Assembly (NCBI GenBank): GCA_045124075.1
Contig: JBGVLD010000018.1
Span: 6,807 to 70,806, forward strand
Length of the DNA stretch: 64,000 nucleotides
From: Agathobacter sp.
GTDB taxonomy: Bacteria; Bacillota; Clostridia; Lachnospirales; Lachnospiraceae
Reading direction: 5' to 3'
Under the pieces are notes generated by a model that worked only from the letters and a program-made list of their open reading frames with translations, was not told the origin of the DNA and made no database searches. A program made the translations under genes and the position numbers. Positions 29,029 through 39,895 of the stretch are shown one piece after another (position 1 is the stretch's first letter; the number at the start of each line of letters is the position of its first letter).

Positions 29029-30413
29029 ACATGAGTGGTATGGCAGAACTGGTCGAAGGCTTGTACCTTCTGAAGTTTGTAACCTCCATCTGCAAGAATT
29101 CGAAGGTCTCTTGCTAGAGTGGCAGGATCGCAGCTGACATACACGATTCTTTTTGGCTCCATTTTAAGCATGGTATCCAGGCAGAGACGGTCGCAGCCCT
29201 TTCGTGGCGGGTCTACTACGATTACGTCTGGATGCAACATTTCGCCACTGTTATTTTCATAGAAAGAAGGAAGTACTTCTTCTGCTTTTCCAACAAAAAA
29301 TTCTGCGTTTTTGATATGGTTGAGCTGGGCATTAAGTTTTGCGTCCTCGATGGCTCTTGGAACAATTTCTACACCGTATACTTTCTTGGCTTTCTGGGAT
29401 AGAAACAGGGAAATGGTTCCGATTCCACAGTATAGATCCCATACATATTCTTCGCCTGTTAGACCGGCGTAGGAGAGGGCGGTGCTGTAGAGTTTTTCTG
29501 TCTGCACCGGATTTACCTGATAGAAAGACTGAGGGGAAATCCGGTAAGCAATGGCAGTGTCTGTTACCTGGAAATCGTTTTCACAGTCCCGAAGATGGAT
29601 ATAATCTGTAATATAAGGCTGCCCCCAGATACATTTTGTGGTATTTCCAAGAATGACATTGGTATTTTCCTGATTAGTATTAATAGAAATAGAAGTCATG
29701 CCGGAAATCTTTTCCAGACGGGCAATCAGCTGTTCGGAAGATGGAAGAGATTTTCCATTTATGATCAGACACACCATGATTTCTTTGGTGGTAAAACCAT
29801 AGCGGATTAAAATGTGGCGAATCAGTCCTTTTCCTGTAGATTCGTTGTAAGGAGTTACATGGTATTCGGTCATGTAAGCCTTGATTTCAGAAAGGATGGA
29901 AGAGTTTTCCTGCACTCCCAGCAGGCAGTCCTCCACAGGAATAATGTTGTGGCTTCGAGCGGCATAAAATCCCGTTACAATGTTCTGTTCTTTATCACAG
30001 CCTACCGGAAATTGTGCTTTGTTGCGGTAGCGGAATGGAGTCTCCATACCTACAACCGGCTCCATGATAGAATCAATTTCTTCTGCTGAAAATCCTCCCA
30101 GTCGGATCAGATCATTGCGGACTTTCTGCTCTTTAAATTCCAATTGCTTCTCGTAGGAAAGAGGTTGAATCTGGCAGCCTCCGCATTGGCGGTAAAGAGG
30201 ACAGGAAGGTGCAACACGAAAAGTGGAAGGAGTAATGACTTCTTCCACTCTTGCATATCCATAATTTTTCTTTAATTTGATGGCTTTGGCGAGGATGGTA
30301 TCGCCAATCACGGCATCCTTTACAAAAAAAGTCATGCCATGGTATTTTCCAATTCCTTCCCCGTCGATTCCCATATCAGTAATGGTTAGTTTAAAAATAT
30401 CATTTTTCTGCAT
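28995..30413 (-). CDS. rlmD: 23S rRNA (uracil-1939-C5)-methyltransferase
   Basis: TRAM N-terminus, CxxxxxCGGCQ, SFYQVN, DLYCGIG, VVDPPRKG, YVSC and HVETV motifs. Confidence 0.93.
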   Translation of the reverse strand: MQKNDIFKLTITDMGIDGEGIGKYHGMTFFVKDAVIGDTILAKAIKLKKNYGYARVEEVITPSTFRVAPSCPLYRQCGGCQIQPLSYEKQLEFKEQKVRNDLIRLGGFSAEEIDSIMEPVVGMETPFRYRNKAQFPVGCDKEQNIVTGFYAARSHNIIPVEDCLLGVQENSSILSEIKAYMTEYHVTPYNESTGKGLIRHILIRYGFTTKEIMVCLIINGKSLPSSEQLIARLEKISGMTSISINTNQENTNVILGNTTKCIWGQPYITDYIHLRDCENDFQVTDTAIAYRISPQSFYQVNPVQTEKLYSTALSYAGLTGEEYVWDLYCGIGTISLFLSQKAKKVYGVEIVPRAIEDAKLNAQLNHIKNAEFFVGKAEEVLPSFYENNSGEMLHPDVIVVDPPRKGCDRLCLDTMLKMEPKRIVYVSCDPATLARDLRILADGGYKLQKVQAFDQFCHTTHVETVALLVRER

Positions 30414-30417
30414 AATC

Positions 30418-31362
30418 TTATACACTTGTTTTTCGGAAATTGCTGTCTAAAAGGCGGTTGAATCCCTGCCATTCCAGATTGTTATCCGGTACGTTTGCTA
30501 ACAGTTCTTTTACGGTTTCCATTTTTGCATCCAGATTATCGGCAAAGCTTAAAGCTAAAGCCTCTGCTAAAGCTGGTTTCTTCGGGGAACCATATTCCAG
30601 TTCTCCATGATGGGCCAGAATACAATGTTTTAATTCATTAGCAAGAACTACTGGAAAATCAGGAATCTTTCGGATTTCATCGCCCACCCATTCGGTGCCA
30701 ATTACGATATGTCCCAGAAGTTGTCCTGCGTCGGTATAGTCATTTTCCGGAAAGGTAGATAACTCGCAGAGCTTTCCGACGTCATGGAAAATAGCAGCAG
30801 TAAGCAGTAAGTCACGATTTAAAAATGTATAACATTTTGCAAAGAAATCACAGTTTCTGGTAACACTTACTGTATGCTCTAACAGACCTCCCACGAATCC
30901 GTGATGGACACTTTTGGCTGCAGAGTGGAATTTAAAGCGTTTTTCAAAATCTGCCTTGTCGAAAAAGTTGTGGAGAAGTTTGCTTAAGTAAGGATTTTTC
31001 ACGGAATTGATATATCCCATTAATTCTGTATACATTTCGGTAATGTCTCTCTGGCTCACTGGAAGGTAATCCTTTGGATCATATTCCCCCTCGTCAACTT
31101 TTCTGGCCCGCTTAATGGACATCTGGAGATTTCCCTGGAAGCAGGTTACGTCCCCAGTAACTGCAATGTAATCCATAGCGTCAAACTCATCAATTCCTAC
31201 AGAACCGGGATCCCAAATCTTGGCATCTAAAGTTCCCGTCTTATCCTGTAAAAGTACGTTATCATAAGGCTTTCCTGCTTTGGTAAGAGCTGCCTGTTTG
31301 TATTTTACTAAATAAACTTCTGTTACGCGTTCTCCTTCGCGGAGTGTTTCAATATATTTCAT
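30418..31362 (-). CDS. yhaM: 3'-5' exoribonuclease YhaM family (OB + HD)
   Basis: LQDKTGTLDAKIW OB fold; AAKSVHHGFVGGLLEH, FHDVGK and SFADNLDAK motifs. Confidence 0.85.
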   Translation of the reverse strand: MKYIETLREGERVTEVYLVKYKQAALTKAGKPYDNVLLQDKTGTLDAKIWDPGSVGIDEFDAMDYIAVTGDVTCFQGNLQMSIKRARKVDEGEYDPKDYLPVSQRDITEMYTELMGYINSVKNPYLSKLLHNFFDKADFEKRFKFHSAAKSVHHGFVGGLLEHTVSVTRNCDFFAKCYTFLNRDLLLTAAIFHDVGKLCELSTFPENDYTDAGQLLGHIVIGTEWVGDEIRKIPDFPVVLANELKHCILAHHGELEYGSPKKPALAEALALSFADNLDAKMETVKELLANVPDNNLEWQGFNRLLDSNFRKTSV

Positions 31363-31408
31363 GTAGCCTCCAAATTAAGTATTTTCAAATATAAATGTAT
31401 AAAACTTC

Positions 31409-32707
31409 TTATTGTAAAATGCCGCCAGTCACTTCACAGGATACATCAGTGTAGCCTAAAGCGCCTTGGCGTTTTAATTCTATTTTATAGGTTTCTCCTG
31501 GTTTTAAAGATAGAATCATCCGCTGGTAAGCATCTTCTGTTAAAACCTCTTCTCCTGCAATTTTAACGATCACATCACCGCTTTGAATTCCACCTGCCAT
31601 AGCTGGGGAATCCATAATCACAGATTTTACATAGACACCTTTTGGAAGATCATTTGTCTGAGCAATTTTCTTCGTTACAGTAGAAACCTGCAGTCCAAGA
31701 TAAGGGATGTCTTTTCCGGCAAGCAGCATTTCAATGACTGGTTTTAATTCGGAAATATGAATCGCAGTCAGAGTGTTTTCTGCCTGGGAGGAACTGTAAT
31801 CTTGCATAATAAACCCGATGACTTCTCCATTGGTGTTGATTAGGATTCCACTGTCTTTTTTGCTTCCTACAATATCTGTGGTAAATACGGAATAGTTACC
31901 GTCGGTTGTGGTAATCTGATTGGTGGTAGAGGTAATATTTCCGGTTAATATGGAGTAGCTGGTTCCAAGAGGGCTTCCCAGTGCAATTGCAATAGTTCCT
32001 CGAAGAACGGTGCTGGATGTTCCTAGGACAGCCACACCGATGCAAGTCATAGTGCTTTGCTCCAGCTGATTCTTATCTACAGATAAAATAGCAATGCCAG
32101 TATTCCCATCATATTTTAAAAGCTGAGCTTCTGCAATTTTATCATCAATAAAAGTTACATAGATTTTAGAGGCGTCAGCAATTCCTTTTCGTTGGGTCAG
32201 GATCTGAATCTGGGTATTCGTCTCTGCGATGATGACCCCGGATTCGGTTCCTTCGGTTTCATAAGAATTATTGAACCAGTCTGTATCAGTGACTACACCA
32301 GTAATGGTAACAATGGATTTGTTTGCCTGCCCGCCGATGGTGTAGAGCTGATTCTGAAGAGTCTGGTAATCCGACAGAGTCCAATTTTTTTCTATAATTG
32401 TTACCTCTGCATTGCTTTCTGGACCAGAAGGGACTGTGGATTCTGCAGAGGTCTCTTCGGTAGAAGAGTCTTCCGTAATGTTGTTGGGAAAAAGTTCCGG
32501 CTGGTTGTTCTGACTAGCCAGTTTATCTCCGTATACTTTCGCAATAAGAGAAGAAAAAGCTAGAATCACAATTACCACAGCCAGGGCAAAGACGATGCCG
32601 CATAAGGCAGCTGTTCCCAGACGGTTCAGAAGTTTTTTCTTATTCACTGGTTTTTCTTTTATCTGTTCCCGGATAAAATCAATTTTCGGATTTTCTCTGT
32701 TGTCCAT
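31409..32707 (-). CDS. HtrA/S1C-like membrane protein with a PDZ domain; catalytic residues degenerate
   Basis: TM anchor, trypsin-like region (ALGSPLG, NTNGEVIG), PDZ (PYLGLQ...SPAMAGGIQSGDVI). TNxH reads TQRK and GNSGG reads KDSG. Confidence 0.75.
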   Translation of the reverse strand: MDNRENPKIDFIREQIKEKPVNKKKLLNRLGTAALCGIVFALAVVIVILAFSSLIAKVYGDKLASQNNQPELFPNNITEDSSTEETSAESTVPSGPESNAEVTIIEKNWTLSDYQTLQNQLYTIGGQANKSIVTITGVVTDTDWFNNSYETEGTESGVIIAETNTQIQILTQRKGIADASKIYVTFIDDKIAEAQLLKYDGNTGIAILSVDKNQLEQSTMTCIGVAVLGTSSTVLRGTIAIALGSPLGTSYSILTGNITSTTNQITTTDGNYSVFTTDIVGSKKDSGILINTNGEVIGFIMQDYSSSQAENTLTAIHISELKPVIEMLLAGKDIPYLGLQVSTVTKKIAQTNDLPKGVYVKSVIMDSPAMAGGIQSGDVIVKIAGEEVLTEDAYQRMILSLKPGETYKIELKRQGALGYTDVSCEVTGGILQ

Positions 32708-32867
32708 GAAGAACCCTCACATTCTCTTTACATCAGTAAAACACAATAAAGATAATATATAGCAATTATTATATGCGTATTTGTCCCGGCTTGCAACTAT
32801 TTTTACCTTTCCAGAACGGAAAGAATAGGCTATAATAGGGACAAATGTGTAAATGAGGATATCTATA

Positions 32868-35246
32868 ATGAATGAGAAAGTTTTAAATACATTAGAGTAC
32901 GATAAAATTCTTGCCAAGCTGGCAGAATACGCCTTTTGCGAAGAAACTAAGGAAGCATGTCTTCGTTTAAGGCCGATTACAGATCGGGAAGAAATCGAAT
33001 ATTTACAGAAGACCACTGCAGATGCATTAAGCAGGCTTTTTAAGAATAGTGCCATTAGTTTTTCAGGAGTTCATAATGTGAATGGCTCTTTAAAAAGATT
33101 AGAGATCGGGGGAACCCTAGGAACAACAGAGTTTCTTCGGATATGCAGTTTGTTAGAAGTAGCAAAAAGAGCAAAGGCGTATGACAGAGGGGAAAGAAAT
33201 GAAGAGCAGAAAGACTCTCTGACTCCATTTTTTGCTCAAATTGAACCTTTAACGATCCTTCACGAGGAAATCAGAAGATGTATTATTTCCGAAGAGGAAA
33301 TTGCAGATGAGGCGTCACCAGAACTTCATAGAATTCGAAGATCAATTCAGCGTACCAACGATAAGATTCACAGCCAGATGACCTCTTTAATGAGCAGCCA
33401 TGCGGCGCAGGGAGTACTGCAGGATTCGGTGGTTACCATGAGAGATGGAAGATATTGTCTTCCGGTAAAAGCGGAGGCAAAATCCTCTGTACCGGGCATG
33501 GTTCATGATCAGTCTTCCAGTGGATCTACGTTGTTTATTGAGCCAATGGCAATCGTAAATCTGAATAATGAATTACGGGAATTATTTTTACAGGAACAGG
33601 AAGAAATCAACCATATTCTTATGGTGTTAGGGCAACAGGTGGAGCAGTACAAAGCAGAAATTACAATGGACTATGAAGTGTTGTCACGTCTGGATTTTAT
33701 TTTTGCGAAAGCAAGACTGGCAAAAAGCTATAATGGCGTGGCTCCAGTTTTTAATGACGAAGGAAAAATCAACATTCGAAAAGGACGTCATCCACTGTTG
33801 GATGCAAAGACTGTTGTGCCGATTGATGTATGGCTGGGGGATGAATTCAAGCAGTTAATTGTAACAGGTCCAAATACCGGTGGTAAGACCGTTTCCTTAA
33901 AGACAGTAGGTCTACTGACTTTGATGGGACAGTCCGGTCTTCATATTCCGGCAGGAGACAGGTCAGAACTGGCAATTTTTGAAGAAGTATTTGCTGATAT
34001 CGGAGATGAACAGAGTATTGAGCAGAGCTTAAGTACTTTCTCATCCCATATGACAAATATTGTGAAGATTTTAGATAAAGCAAATGACAAAAGTCTGGTG
34101 CTTTTTGATGAATTATGTTCTGGAACGGATCCAACGGAAGGTGCAGCTCTTGCTATGGCAATTTTGCAAAAACTTCATCAATATGGTTCTGTAGTTATGG
34201 CAACTACCCATTATAGCGAGTTGAAAGTTTACGCCCTTTCTTCTAAGGGAGTAGAAAATGCCTGCTGTGAATTCAATGTGGAGACCTTAAGTCCAACTTA
34301 TCGACTATTGATCGGAATTCCTGGAAAAAGTAATGCTTTTGCAATTTCTACCAAGCTGGGGCTTAGCGAAAATATTATTGAAGACGCCAGAAAACACTTA
34401 AATGAGAAGGACATCAGCTTTGAAGACCTTCTGGCAAATCTGGAAAGTAGCCGTCAGACCATTGAAAAAGAGCAGCTGGAAATCAATCAGTATAAGGCAG
34501 AAATCGAAGAACTGAAGAAGAAATTGGAAAGCAAACAGGAGCGGTTAGATCAGAGTAAGGATAAGATTTTAAGGCAGGCAAATGAAGAAGCTTATCAGAT
34601 TTTAAAAGAAGCCAAGGATCTGGCAGATGAGACCATCCGTAATTTCAATAAATACGGACAGGGCCAAGCTTCCATGAGCCAGATGGAAAAAGAGCGTACC
34701 AATGTGCGTAACAAATTATCCGAGAAAGAAAAGAAACTGTCTGGTTTGAAGAAACAGGAAAATGTAAACCACAAGATTCCGAAGAACTTAAGAGTGGGAG
34801 ATGCGGTAAAAGTACTTTCTATGAACCTGCGAGGTACCGTTCACACCCTACCAAATGCCAAGGGGGATCTGTATGTGCAAATGGGAATTTTACGTTCTCT
34901 GGTGAATATCAAAGATCTGGTGTTGATTGATGAAGATGCGGCAAGTCCTTCTAAGAAAATAAAGGGAAGTGCATCTAAGGTGAAAATGAGCAAATCTTCT
35001 TATGTTTCTACAGAGATCAATCTGATCGGTATGACCACAGATGAAGCAATTGCTAAATTGGATAAATATCTGGATGATGCTTATATTGCGCATTTGCCAT
35101 CTGTGCGTATTGTTCATGGAAAGGGGACAGGAGCTCTTCGGAATGCAGTGGCGGCTCATTTAAAGCGGCAAAAATATGTAAAATCCTTCCATCTGGGAGA
35201 ATTCGGGGAAGGAGACGCTGGTGTGACCATAGCGGAATTTGAGTAG
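32868..35246 (+). CDS. mutS2: Endonuclease MutS2
   Basis: VHDQSSSGSTLFIEP, TGPNTGGKT, DEQSIEQSLSTFSSH, C-terminal Smr (IVHGKGTG). Confidence 0.95.
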   Translation: MNEKVLNTLEYDKILAKLAEYAFCEETKEACLRLRPITDREEIEYLQKTTADALSRLFKNSAISFSGVHNVNGSLKRLEIGGTLGTTEFLRICSLLEVAKRAKAYDRGERNEEQKDSLTPFFAQIEPLTILHEEIRRCIISEEEIADEASPELHRIRRSIQRTNDKIHSQMTSLMSSHAAQGVLQDSVVTMRDGRYCLPVKAEAKSSVPGMVHDQSSSGSTLFIEPMAIVNLNNELRELFLQEQEEINHILMVLGQQVEQYKAEITMDYEVLSRLDFIFAKARLAKSYNGVAPVFNDEGKINIRKGRHPLLDAKTVVPIDVWLGDEFKQLIVTGPNTGGKTVSLKTVGLLTLMGQSGLHIPAGDRSELAIFEEVFADIGDEQSIEQSLSTFSSHMTNIVKILDKANDKSLVLFDELCSGTDPTEGAALAMAILQKLHQYGSVVMATTHYSELKVYALSSKGVENACCEFNVETLSPTYRLLIGIPGKSNAFAISTKLGLSENIIEDARKHLNEKDISFEDLLANLESSRQTIEKEQLEINQYKAEIEELKKKLESKQERLDQSKDKILRQANEEAYQILKEAKDLADETIRNFNKYGQGQASMSQMEKERTNVRNKLSEKEKKLSGLKKQENVNHKIPKNLRVGDAVKVLSMNLRGTVHTLPNAKGDLYVQMGILRSLVNIKDLVLIDEDAASPSKKIKGSASKVKMSKSSYVSTEINLIGMTTDEAIAKLDKYLDDAYIAHLPSVRIVHGKGTGALRNAVAAHLKRQKYVKSFHLGEFGEGDAGVTIAEFE

Positions 35247-35255
35247 GAGGAACAT

Positions 35256-35954
35256 ATGGCAGCTAAACAGAAAATTTTAATTGTAGATGATGATAACAAC
35301 ATTGCAGAGCTGATTTCTCTGTATTTAACAAAAGAATGTTATGACACCCGAATTGTCAATGACGGTGAGGAAGCTTTGATTGCTTATGAGCAGTATAATC
35401 CGAATCTGATTCTTTTGGATTTAATGTTACCGGGGATTGATGGTTATCAGGTATGCCGGGAAATTCGCACCAAGTCCAATGTGCCAATCATTATGCTTTC
35501 TGCAAAAGGAGAGATTTTTGATAAGGTGCTTGGGCTGGAATTAGGCGCGGATGACTATATTTTAAAGCCTTTTGACTCCAAAGAACTGGTGGCAAGAGTT
35601 AAGGCGGTATTAAGAAGATTTGCCCCAGTAAAACAAGAGGTTCCAATGGTGGAAATCAAATGTGTGGAATATCCGGATTTGGTGGTAAATCTGTCCAATT
35701 ATTCTGTTATGTATCAGGGCAGAAATATTGACATGCCGCCAAAAGAACTGGAGTTGTTATATTTTCTGGCATCTTCTCCAAATCAGGTATTTACCAGGGA
35801 GCAGCTTTTAGATCATATCTGGGGCTATGAATATATCGGAGATACCAGAACTGTTGACGTACATGTAAAGAGACTCCGTGAGAAAATTAAAGACCATGAG
35901 ACCTGGCAGATCGCAACTGTTTGGGGGATCGGTTACAAATTCGAGGTAAAATAA
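35256..35954 (+). CDS. OmpR-family response regulator
   Basis: LIVDD, LLDLMLP, ADDYILKPF, winged helix (RTVDVHVKRLREK, TVWGIGY). Confidence 0.93.
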   Translation: MAAKQKILIVDDDNNIAELISLYLTKECYDTRIVNDGEEALIAYEQYNPNLILLDLMLPGIDGYQVCREIRTKSNVPIIMLSAKGEIFDKVLGLELGADDYILKPFDSKELVARVKAVLRRFAPVKQEVPMVEIKCVEYPDLVVNLSNYSVMYQGRNIDMPPKELELLYFLASSPNQVFTREQLLDHIWGYEYIGDTRTVDVHVKRLREKIKDHETWQIATVWGIGYKFEVK

Positions 35955-37387
35955 TGAAAAAAAAATTATATGCCAAGTTTATCCTAGGATATGTGGTATA
36001 TGGAATGATTGCATTTCTGGTGTTATGTACAGTAACACAGTCACTGACCACGAAGCAGAGTCGGGAAAATGAAGCTCAGGCTCTATATAGGGAATCCACG
36101 CTGATGGCTTCTGATTATGCGGCGAATTATTTTAACAGTGAAGTGACGCTGGAAGATGTGCAGAGTCAGATAGAAGCGGTTTCTAAGTATTTGTCCGCAG
36201 AAATCTGGGTAATGGATACAAATGGGAATCTTTTGTTAAATTCCCAGGATGCTTCTGTAGCTGCTCGGGCAACAGAGGGAGAATATCTTCAGTTAGCAGA
36301 TTTTGATATATCCCATTTTGGAAATGCTTTCTATCAGACTGGAGATTTTTATGGGCATTTTAACAAGGATGTACTTTCGGTTTTTTCTACCATAACCATT
36401 AATTATAAAGTAAGAGGTTATGTGCTGATACATAAACCTTTAGAAATTATTGATCATACTGCCAACGGATATATCAATATAAATTTTTTGGCGGTATCAA
36501 TCATTGTCATAATAGCATTGGTAATGATTCTTTTGTTGGCGTATTTTGTTTACCGTCCGTTGATGAAAATTTCCCAGGTCGCAAAGATGTATGCCAAAGG
36601 AAATTTTGATCAGCGGATTGAGGTGCATTCCCAAGATGAAATTGGTTATCTTGCTAACACCATGAACTATATGGCAGAGGAATTAAATACTCTAGAAGAA
36701 GATCAGCGGAAATTCGTATCCAATGTTTCTCATGATTTTCGTTCTCCGCTTACTTCGATTAAAGGTTATATAGAAGCCATGCTGGATGGGACGATTCCAG
36801 TGGAGATGCAGGAAAAATATTTAAAAATCATTCTGTTCGAAACAGAGCGGCTGAATAAGCTAACTCAGAATATTTTGGATCTCAACCAGTTCGGTCATCG
36901 GGGAATGAGGCTGGATATTGCAGATTTTGACATTAACCGGATGATAAGAACTACGATTCGAACATTTGAAGGAACCTGCGGAAAAAAAGGGCTTACTTTT
37001 GATCTTTTTTTGACTGGGAAAGAACTTTTTGTTACAGCGGATATGATTAAAATTCAGCAGGTGCTTTACAATCTGATTGATAATGCCACCAAATTTTCCA
37101 ATACCAATACGGCTATAAAAATTGAAACAAATATACGAAACGAAAAAGTCCTGATCTCTGTAAAGGATTCTGGAATCGGTATTCCAGCTGATAGCATTAA
37201 GAAAATCTGGGAACGTTTCTATAAGACTGATCTATCCCGAGGAAAAGACAAAAAGGGTACGGGGTTGGGACTTGCGATTGTAAGAGAAATTATTCAGGCT
37301 CACGACGAACATATTAATGTGGTAAGTACCGAAGGGGTAGGAACGGAATTTATTTTTACCCTTCCCTTATCGAAAAAGGATGAGTAA
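35954..37387 (+). CDS. HAMP-domain sensor histidine kinase
   Basis: Two TM helices, HAMP (DEIGYLA), H-box SHDFRSPLTSIKG, NLIDNA, DSGIG and GTGLGLAI; ATG overlaps the regulator stop. Confidence 0.92.
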   Translation: MKKKLYAKFILGYVVYGMIAFLVLCTVTQSLTTKQSRENEAQALYRESTLMASDYAANYFNSEVTLEDVQSQIEAVSKYLSAEIWVMDTNGNLLLNSQDASVAARATEGEYLQLADFDISHFGNAFYQTGDFYGHFNKDVLSVFSTITINYKVRGYVLIHKPLEIIDHTANGYININFLAVSIIVIIALVMILLLAYFVYRPLMKISQVAKMYAKGNFDQRIEVHSQDEIGYLANTMNYMAEELNTLEEDQRKFVSNVSHDFRSPLTSIKGYIEAMLDGTIPVEMQEKYLKIILFETERLNKLTQNILDLNQFGHRGMRLDIADFDINRMIRTTIRTFEGTCGKKGLTFDLFLTGKELFVTADMIKIQQVLYNLIDNATKFSNTNTAIKIETNIRNEKVLISVKDSGIGIPADSIKKIWERFYKTDLSRGKDKKGTGLGLAIVREIIQAHDEHINVVSTEGVGTEFIFTLPLSKKDE

Positions 37388-37416
37388 CTCGGGAGTTCAT
37401 AAAGGAGAGTAAGGAA

Positions 37417-38625
37417 ATGTTAAACAGAAAAAAAAGCGCATTTTTATCAGGTGTAATTCTTATGATGGCGTTTGCTGCCTGTGGAACTCCATCCCATGAA
37501 ACAGGGCAGCTGCAGACAGAAATGGAAACTGGAATTCAGGGGAATACAGAAGAAACATCAAAAGATGTTCAAGGAGAAACAGAAGATGCTCAAGGAGGAA
37601 CGGAAGTTGAATCTCAGGAGCCAGAACCTGTTATTACAGAAATCACCATCAGTGCAGTAGGTGATGTGACATTAGGAACGAATCAGAAAACTTCCTATGG
37701 CGGTTCTTTTCATGAGTATTATGATAAATATGGAAAAGATTATTTTCTTCAGAACGTGAAATCAGTCTTTGAGGAAGATGATTTTACTATTATCAATTTT
37801 GAAGGAACTTTGACTAATTCTGATAATATTCGGACAACAAAAGAATGGAACCACAAGGGAAGGCCTGAATATGTGGAGATTCTGACAGGGGCTTCCGTAG
37901 AAGCTGCTACCTTGGGAAATAATCACATTATGGATTATCAGCAGGATGGGGTAAATGATACCATTTCCACTCTCACAAACGCAGGAATTGAATATGCCAT
38001 CAGTGGTACATGGGGAGATCATTATGGATTATATGAGACGAAAGGAATTCAGATTGGTTTTGTCTCTGTCAATGAATATTATGAAGGGAAAAGCGTCTAT
38101 ACCTATTTGGAAGAAGGCTTAAATCTGCTTCGGGAACAGGGGGCAGAGCTGGTGATTGCCTGCACTCACTGGGGTGGAGATAAGGTTCATGAGATTGAGC
38201 AGGATCAGTATGACATGGGCAGATGGTGCATTGATCAGGGATATGATCTGGTGGTAGGCTGTCATCCTCATGTATTGCAGGGAATCGAGTGTTACAAAGG
38301 AAAGTACATTGTATACAGTATGGGAAATTTCTGTTATGGAGGAAGTAAAAATCCGGCAGATAAGGATTCCATGATTTTTCAGCAGACATTCCGTTTTGTA
38401 GATGGAGTTTTAGAGGTTGATCCATTTGCCATCCGGGCCATTCCATGCCGGTTATCTTCCTCTACCAGCAAAAATGATTATTGTCCGGAAATTTTAGAGG
38501 GCAGTGAGGCAGAGTCTGTTATCACAAATTTAAACAAATATTCAAAAGAATTTGGAATTGCTTTTGATGCTCAAGGATATTTGATTTCTGGGGAAGAAAA
38601 TAAAACACAAGATGAGGCAGAATAA
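37417..38625 (+). CDS. CapA-family metallophosphoesterase lipoprotein
   Basis: Lipobox FAAC; GDVTLG, NFEG, LGNNHIMD, HWG, GCHPH and YSMGNF motifs. Confidence 0.85.
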   Translation: MLNRKKSAFLSGVILMMAFAACGTPSHETGQLQTEMETGIQGNTEETSKDVQGETEDAQGGTEVESQEPEPVITEITISAVGDVTLGTNQKTSYGGSFHEYYDKYGKDYFLQNVKSVFEEDDFTIINFEGTLTNSDNIRTTKEWNHKGRPEYVEILTGASVEAATLGNNHIMDYQQDGVNDTISTLTNAGIEYAISGTWGDHYGLYETKGIQIGFVSVNEYYEGKSVYTYLEEGLNLLREQGAELVIACTHWGGDKVHEIEQDQYDMGRWCIDQGYDLVVGCHPHVLQGIECYKGKYIVYSMGNFCYGGSKNPADKDSMIFQQTFRFVDGVLEVDPFAIRAIPCRLSSSTSKNDYCPEILEGSEAESVITNLNKYSKEFGIAFDAQGYLISGEENKTQDEAE

Positions 38626-39761
38626 TGAAAAAAGTAATCGATTTTTTTAAAAAAGAAGTGGTACTTGTGGCAGCTTTTGTATTGGCGGTTATTTCCTGTT
38701 TCTTTGTGAAGCCGTCTTATACATACATAGATTATATAGACTGGCGGGTTTTGGGAATTCTGCTTAGCTTAATGATCGTTATGGAAGGGTTAAAGGAAAA
38801 TGGATTATTTGCTTCTATTGGCAATTTTCTGTTGAAAAAGACAAAGAAAGTCTGGCAGTTATGCGCGGTGTTAGTATTTTTGTGCTTTTTCTTAAGCATG
38901 CTCATAACCAATGATGTGGCATTGATTACATTTGTGCCGTTTGCAATTTATGTACTAAAACAGTCCCATAGAGAAGAATTGGCAGCATTTGTTATTGTTC
39001 TGCAGACGATTGCAGCAAATCTTGGCAGTATGCTGACTCCAATTGGAAATCCTCAGAATCTGTATCTTTATCAGTTGGGTGGATATAAAATGGACGAGTT
39101 TATTAAGGTCATGTTTCCTTTTACAGCAGCTTCTGGAGCTCTCCTGGTGCTTTGTCTGCTGTTTGTTCCAGGCAAAATGCAGGAATTGACAGGTGAGAAC
39201 CTGGATGAAAGTAGAAGACAGTTTGAGAAAAAAGAAAGGCGAAACATCGGAGTCTATCTGCTTTTATTTGTGTTGGCACTTTGTGTGGTACTTCGATTGG
39301 TTCCTTTCTATGCTGTTTTGGGAATTGTTCTTGTGTTAGTTTTTTTTATGGAACGAAAAATACTACGTCAGGTTGATTATTGTTTACTTTTGACGTTTAT
39401 CTGCTTTTTTATCTTTATTGGTAATCTGGGAACACTTCCTGTATTTAAAGAAACCTTAGAACAGGTAGTATCAGGCAGAGAGCTTCTGGCAGGAGTTTTG
39501 TCCAGTCAGGTAGTAAGCAATGTTCCGGCGTCCCTGTTATTATCTTCTTTTACGGATGATTACAATGCGCTGTTGGCGGGAGTGAATCTGGGGGGACTAG
39601 GAACTCTGATTGCTTCCATGGCAAGCCTGATTTCTTATAAGCAGTTTGCAAATACATATAATGCAGAAAAAGGAAAATACTTCCGACTTTTTACACTGCT
39701 TAATCTGCTGTTTCTGGCACTGCTTCTTGTACTGGCAAAAATACAAGGATATTCGTTGTAA
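38625..39761 (+). CDS. SLC13/ArsB-like ion (anion/citrate) permease
   Basis: SMLITND, AANLGSMLTPIGNPQN, SQVVSNVPA and GGLGTLIASMA motifs. Confidence 0.8.
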   Translation: MKKVIDFFKKEVVLVAAFVLAVISCFFVKPSYTYIDYIDWRVLGILLSLMIVMEGLKENGLFASIGNFLLKKTKKVWQLCAVLVFLCFFLSMLITNDVALITFVPFAIYVLKQSHREELAAFVIVLQTIAANLGSMLTPIGNPQNLYLYQLGGYKMDEFIKVMFPFTAASGALLVLCLLFVPGKMQELTGENLDESRRQFEKKERRNIGVYLLLFVLALCVVLRLVPFYAVLGIVLVLVFFMERKILRQVDYCLLLTFICFFIFIGNLGTLPVFKETLEQVVSGRELLAGVLSSQVVSNVPASLLLSSFTDDYNALLAGVNLGGLGTLIASMASLISYKQFANTYNAEKGKYFRLFTLLNLLFLALLLVLAKIQGYSL

Positions 39762-39799
39762 AAGCATATTTAAACATGATAAAATAAATATAGTGATTC

Positions 39800-39878
39800 T
39801 GACTCCAAACAGAGAACCATTTTGTAAGGAGAAAGCATCGGAGAGTTAAGAGTCGCAGTATCTTTGCGGCTTTTTTTT
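39800..39878 (+). promoter_or_regulatory. Terminator with a competing upstream pairing (candidate attenuator) before the hydrogenase maturation operon
   Basis: Stem AGTCGCA/TGCGGCT (39851-39871) plus T8. TGACTC (39800-39805) can pair with GAGTCG (39850-39855), overlapping the left arm. Confidence 0.45.
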
Positions 39879-39895
39879 GTGAGAAAGGAATGTAT

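Noticed and set aside
28826-29810. Plus-strand ORFs overlapping rlmD and Gsp, and the other short antisense ORFs in the track
   Set aside because: They are shadows of well-supported genes on the opposite strand or in other frames, with no RBS or recognisable motifs.
39790-39880. Known riboswitch (SAM-I, glycine, T-box, fluoride, preQ1) in the hyd leader
   Set aside because: Their conserved core sequences are absent; kept only as an unassigned attenuator candidate.
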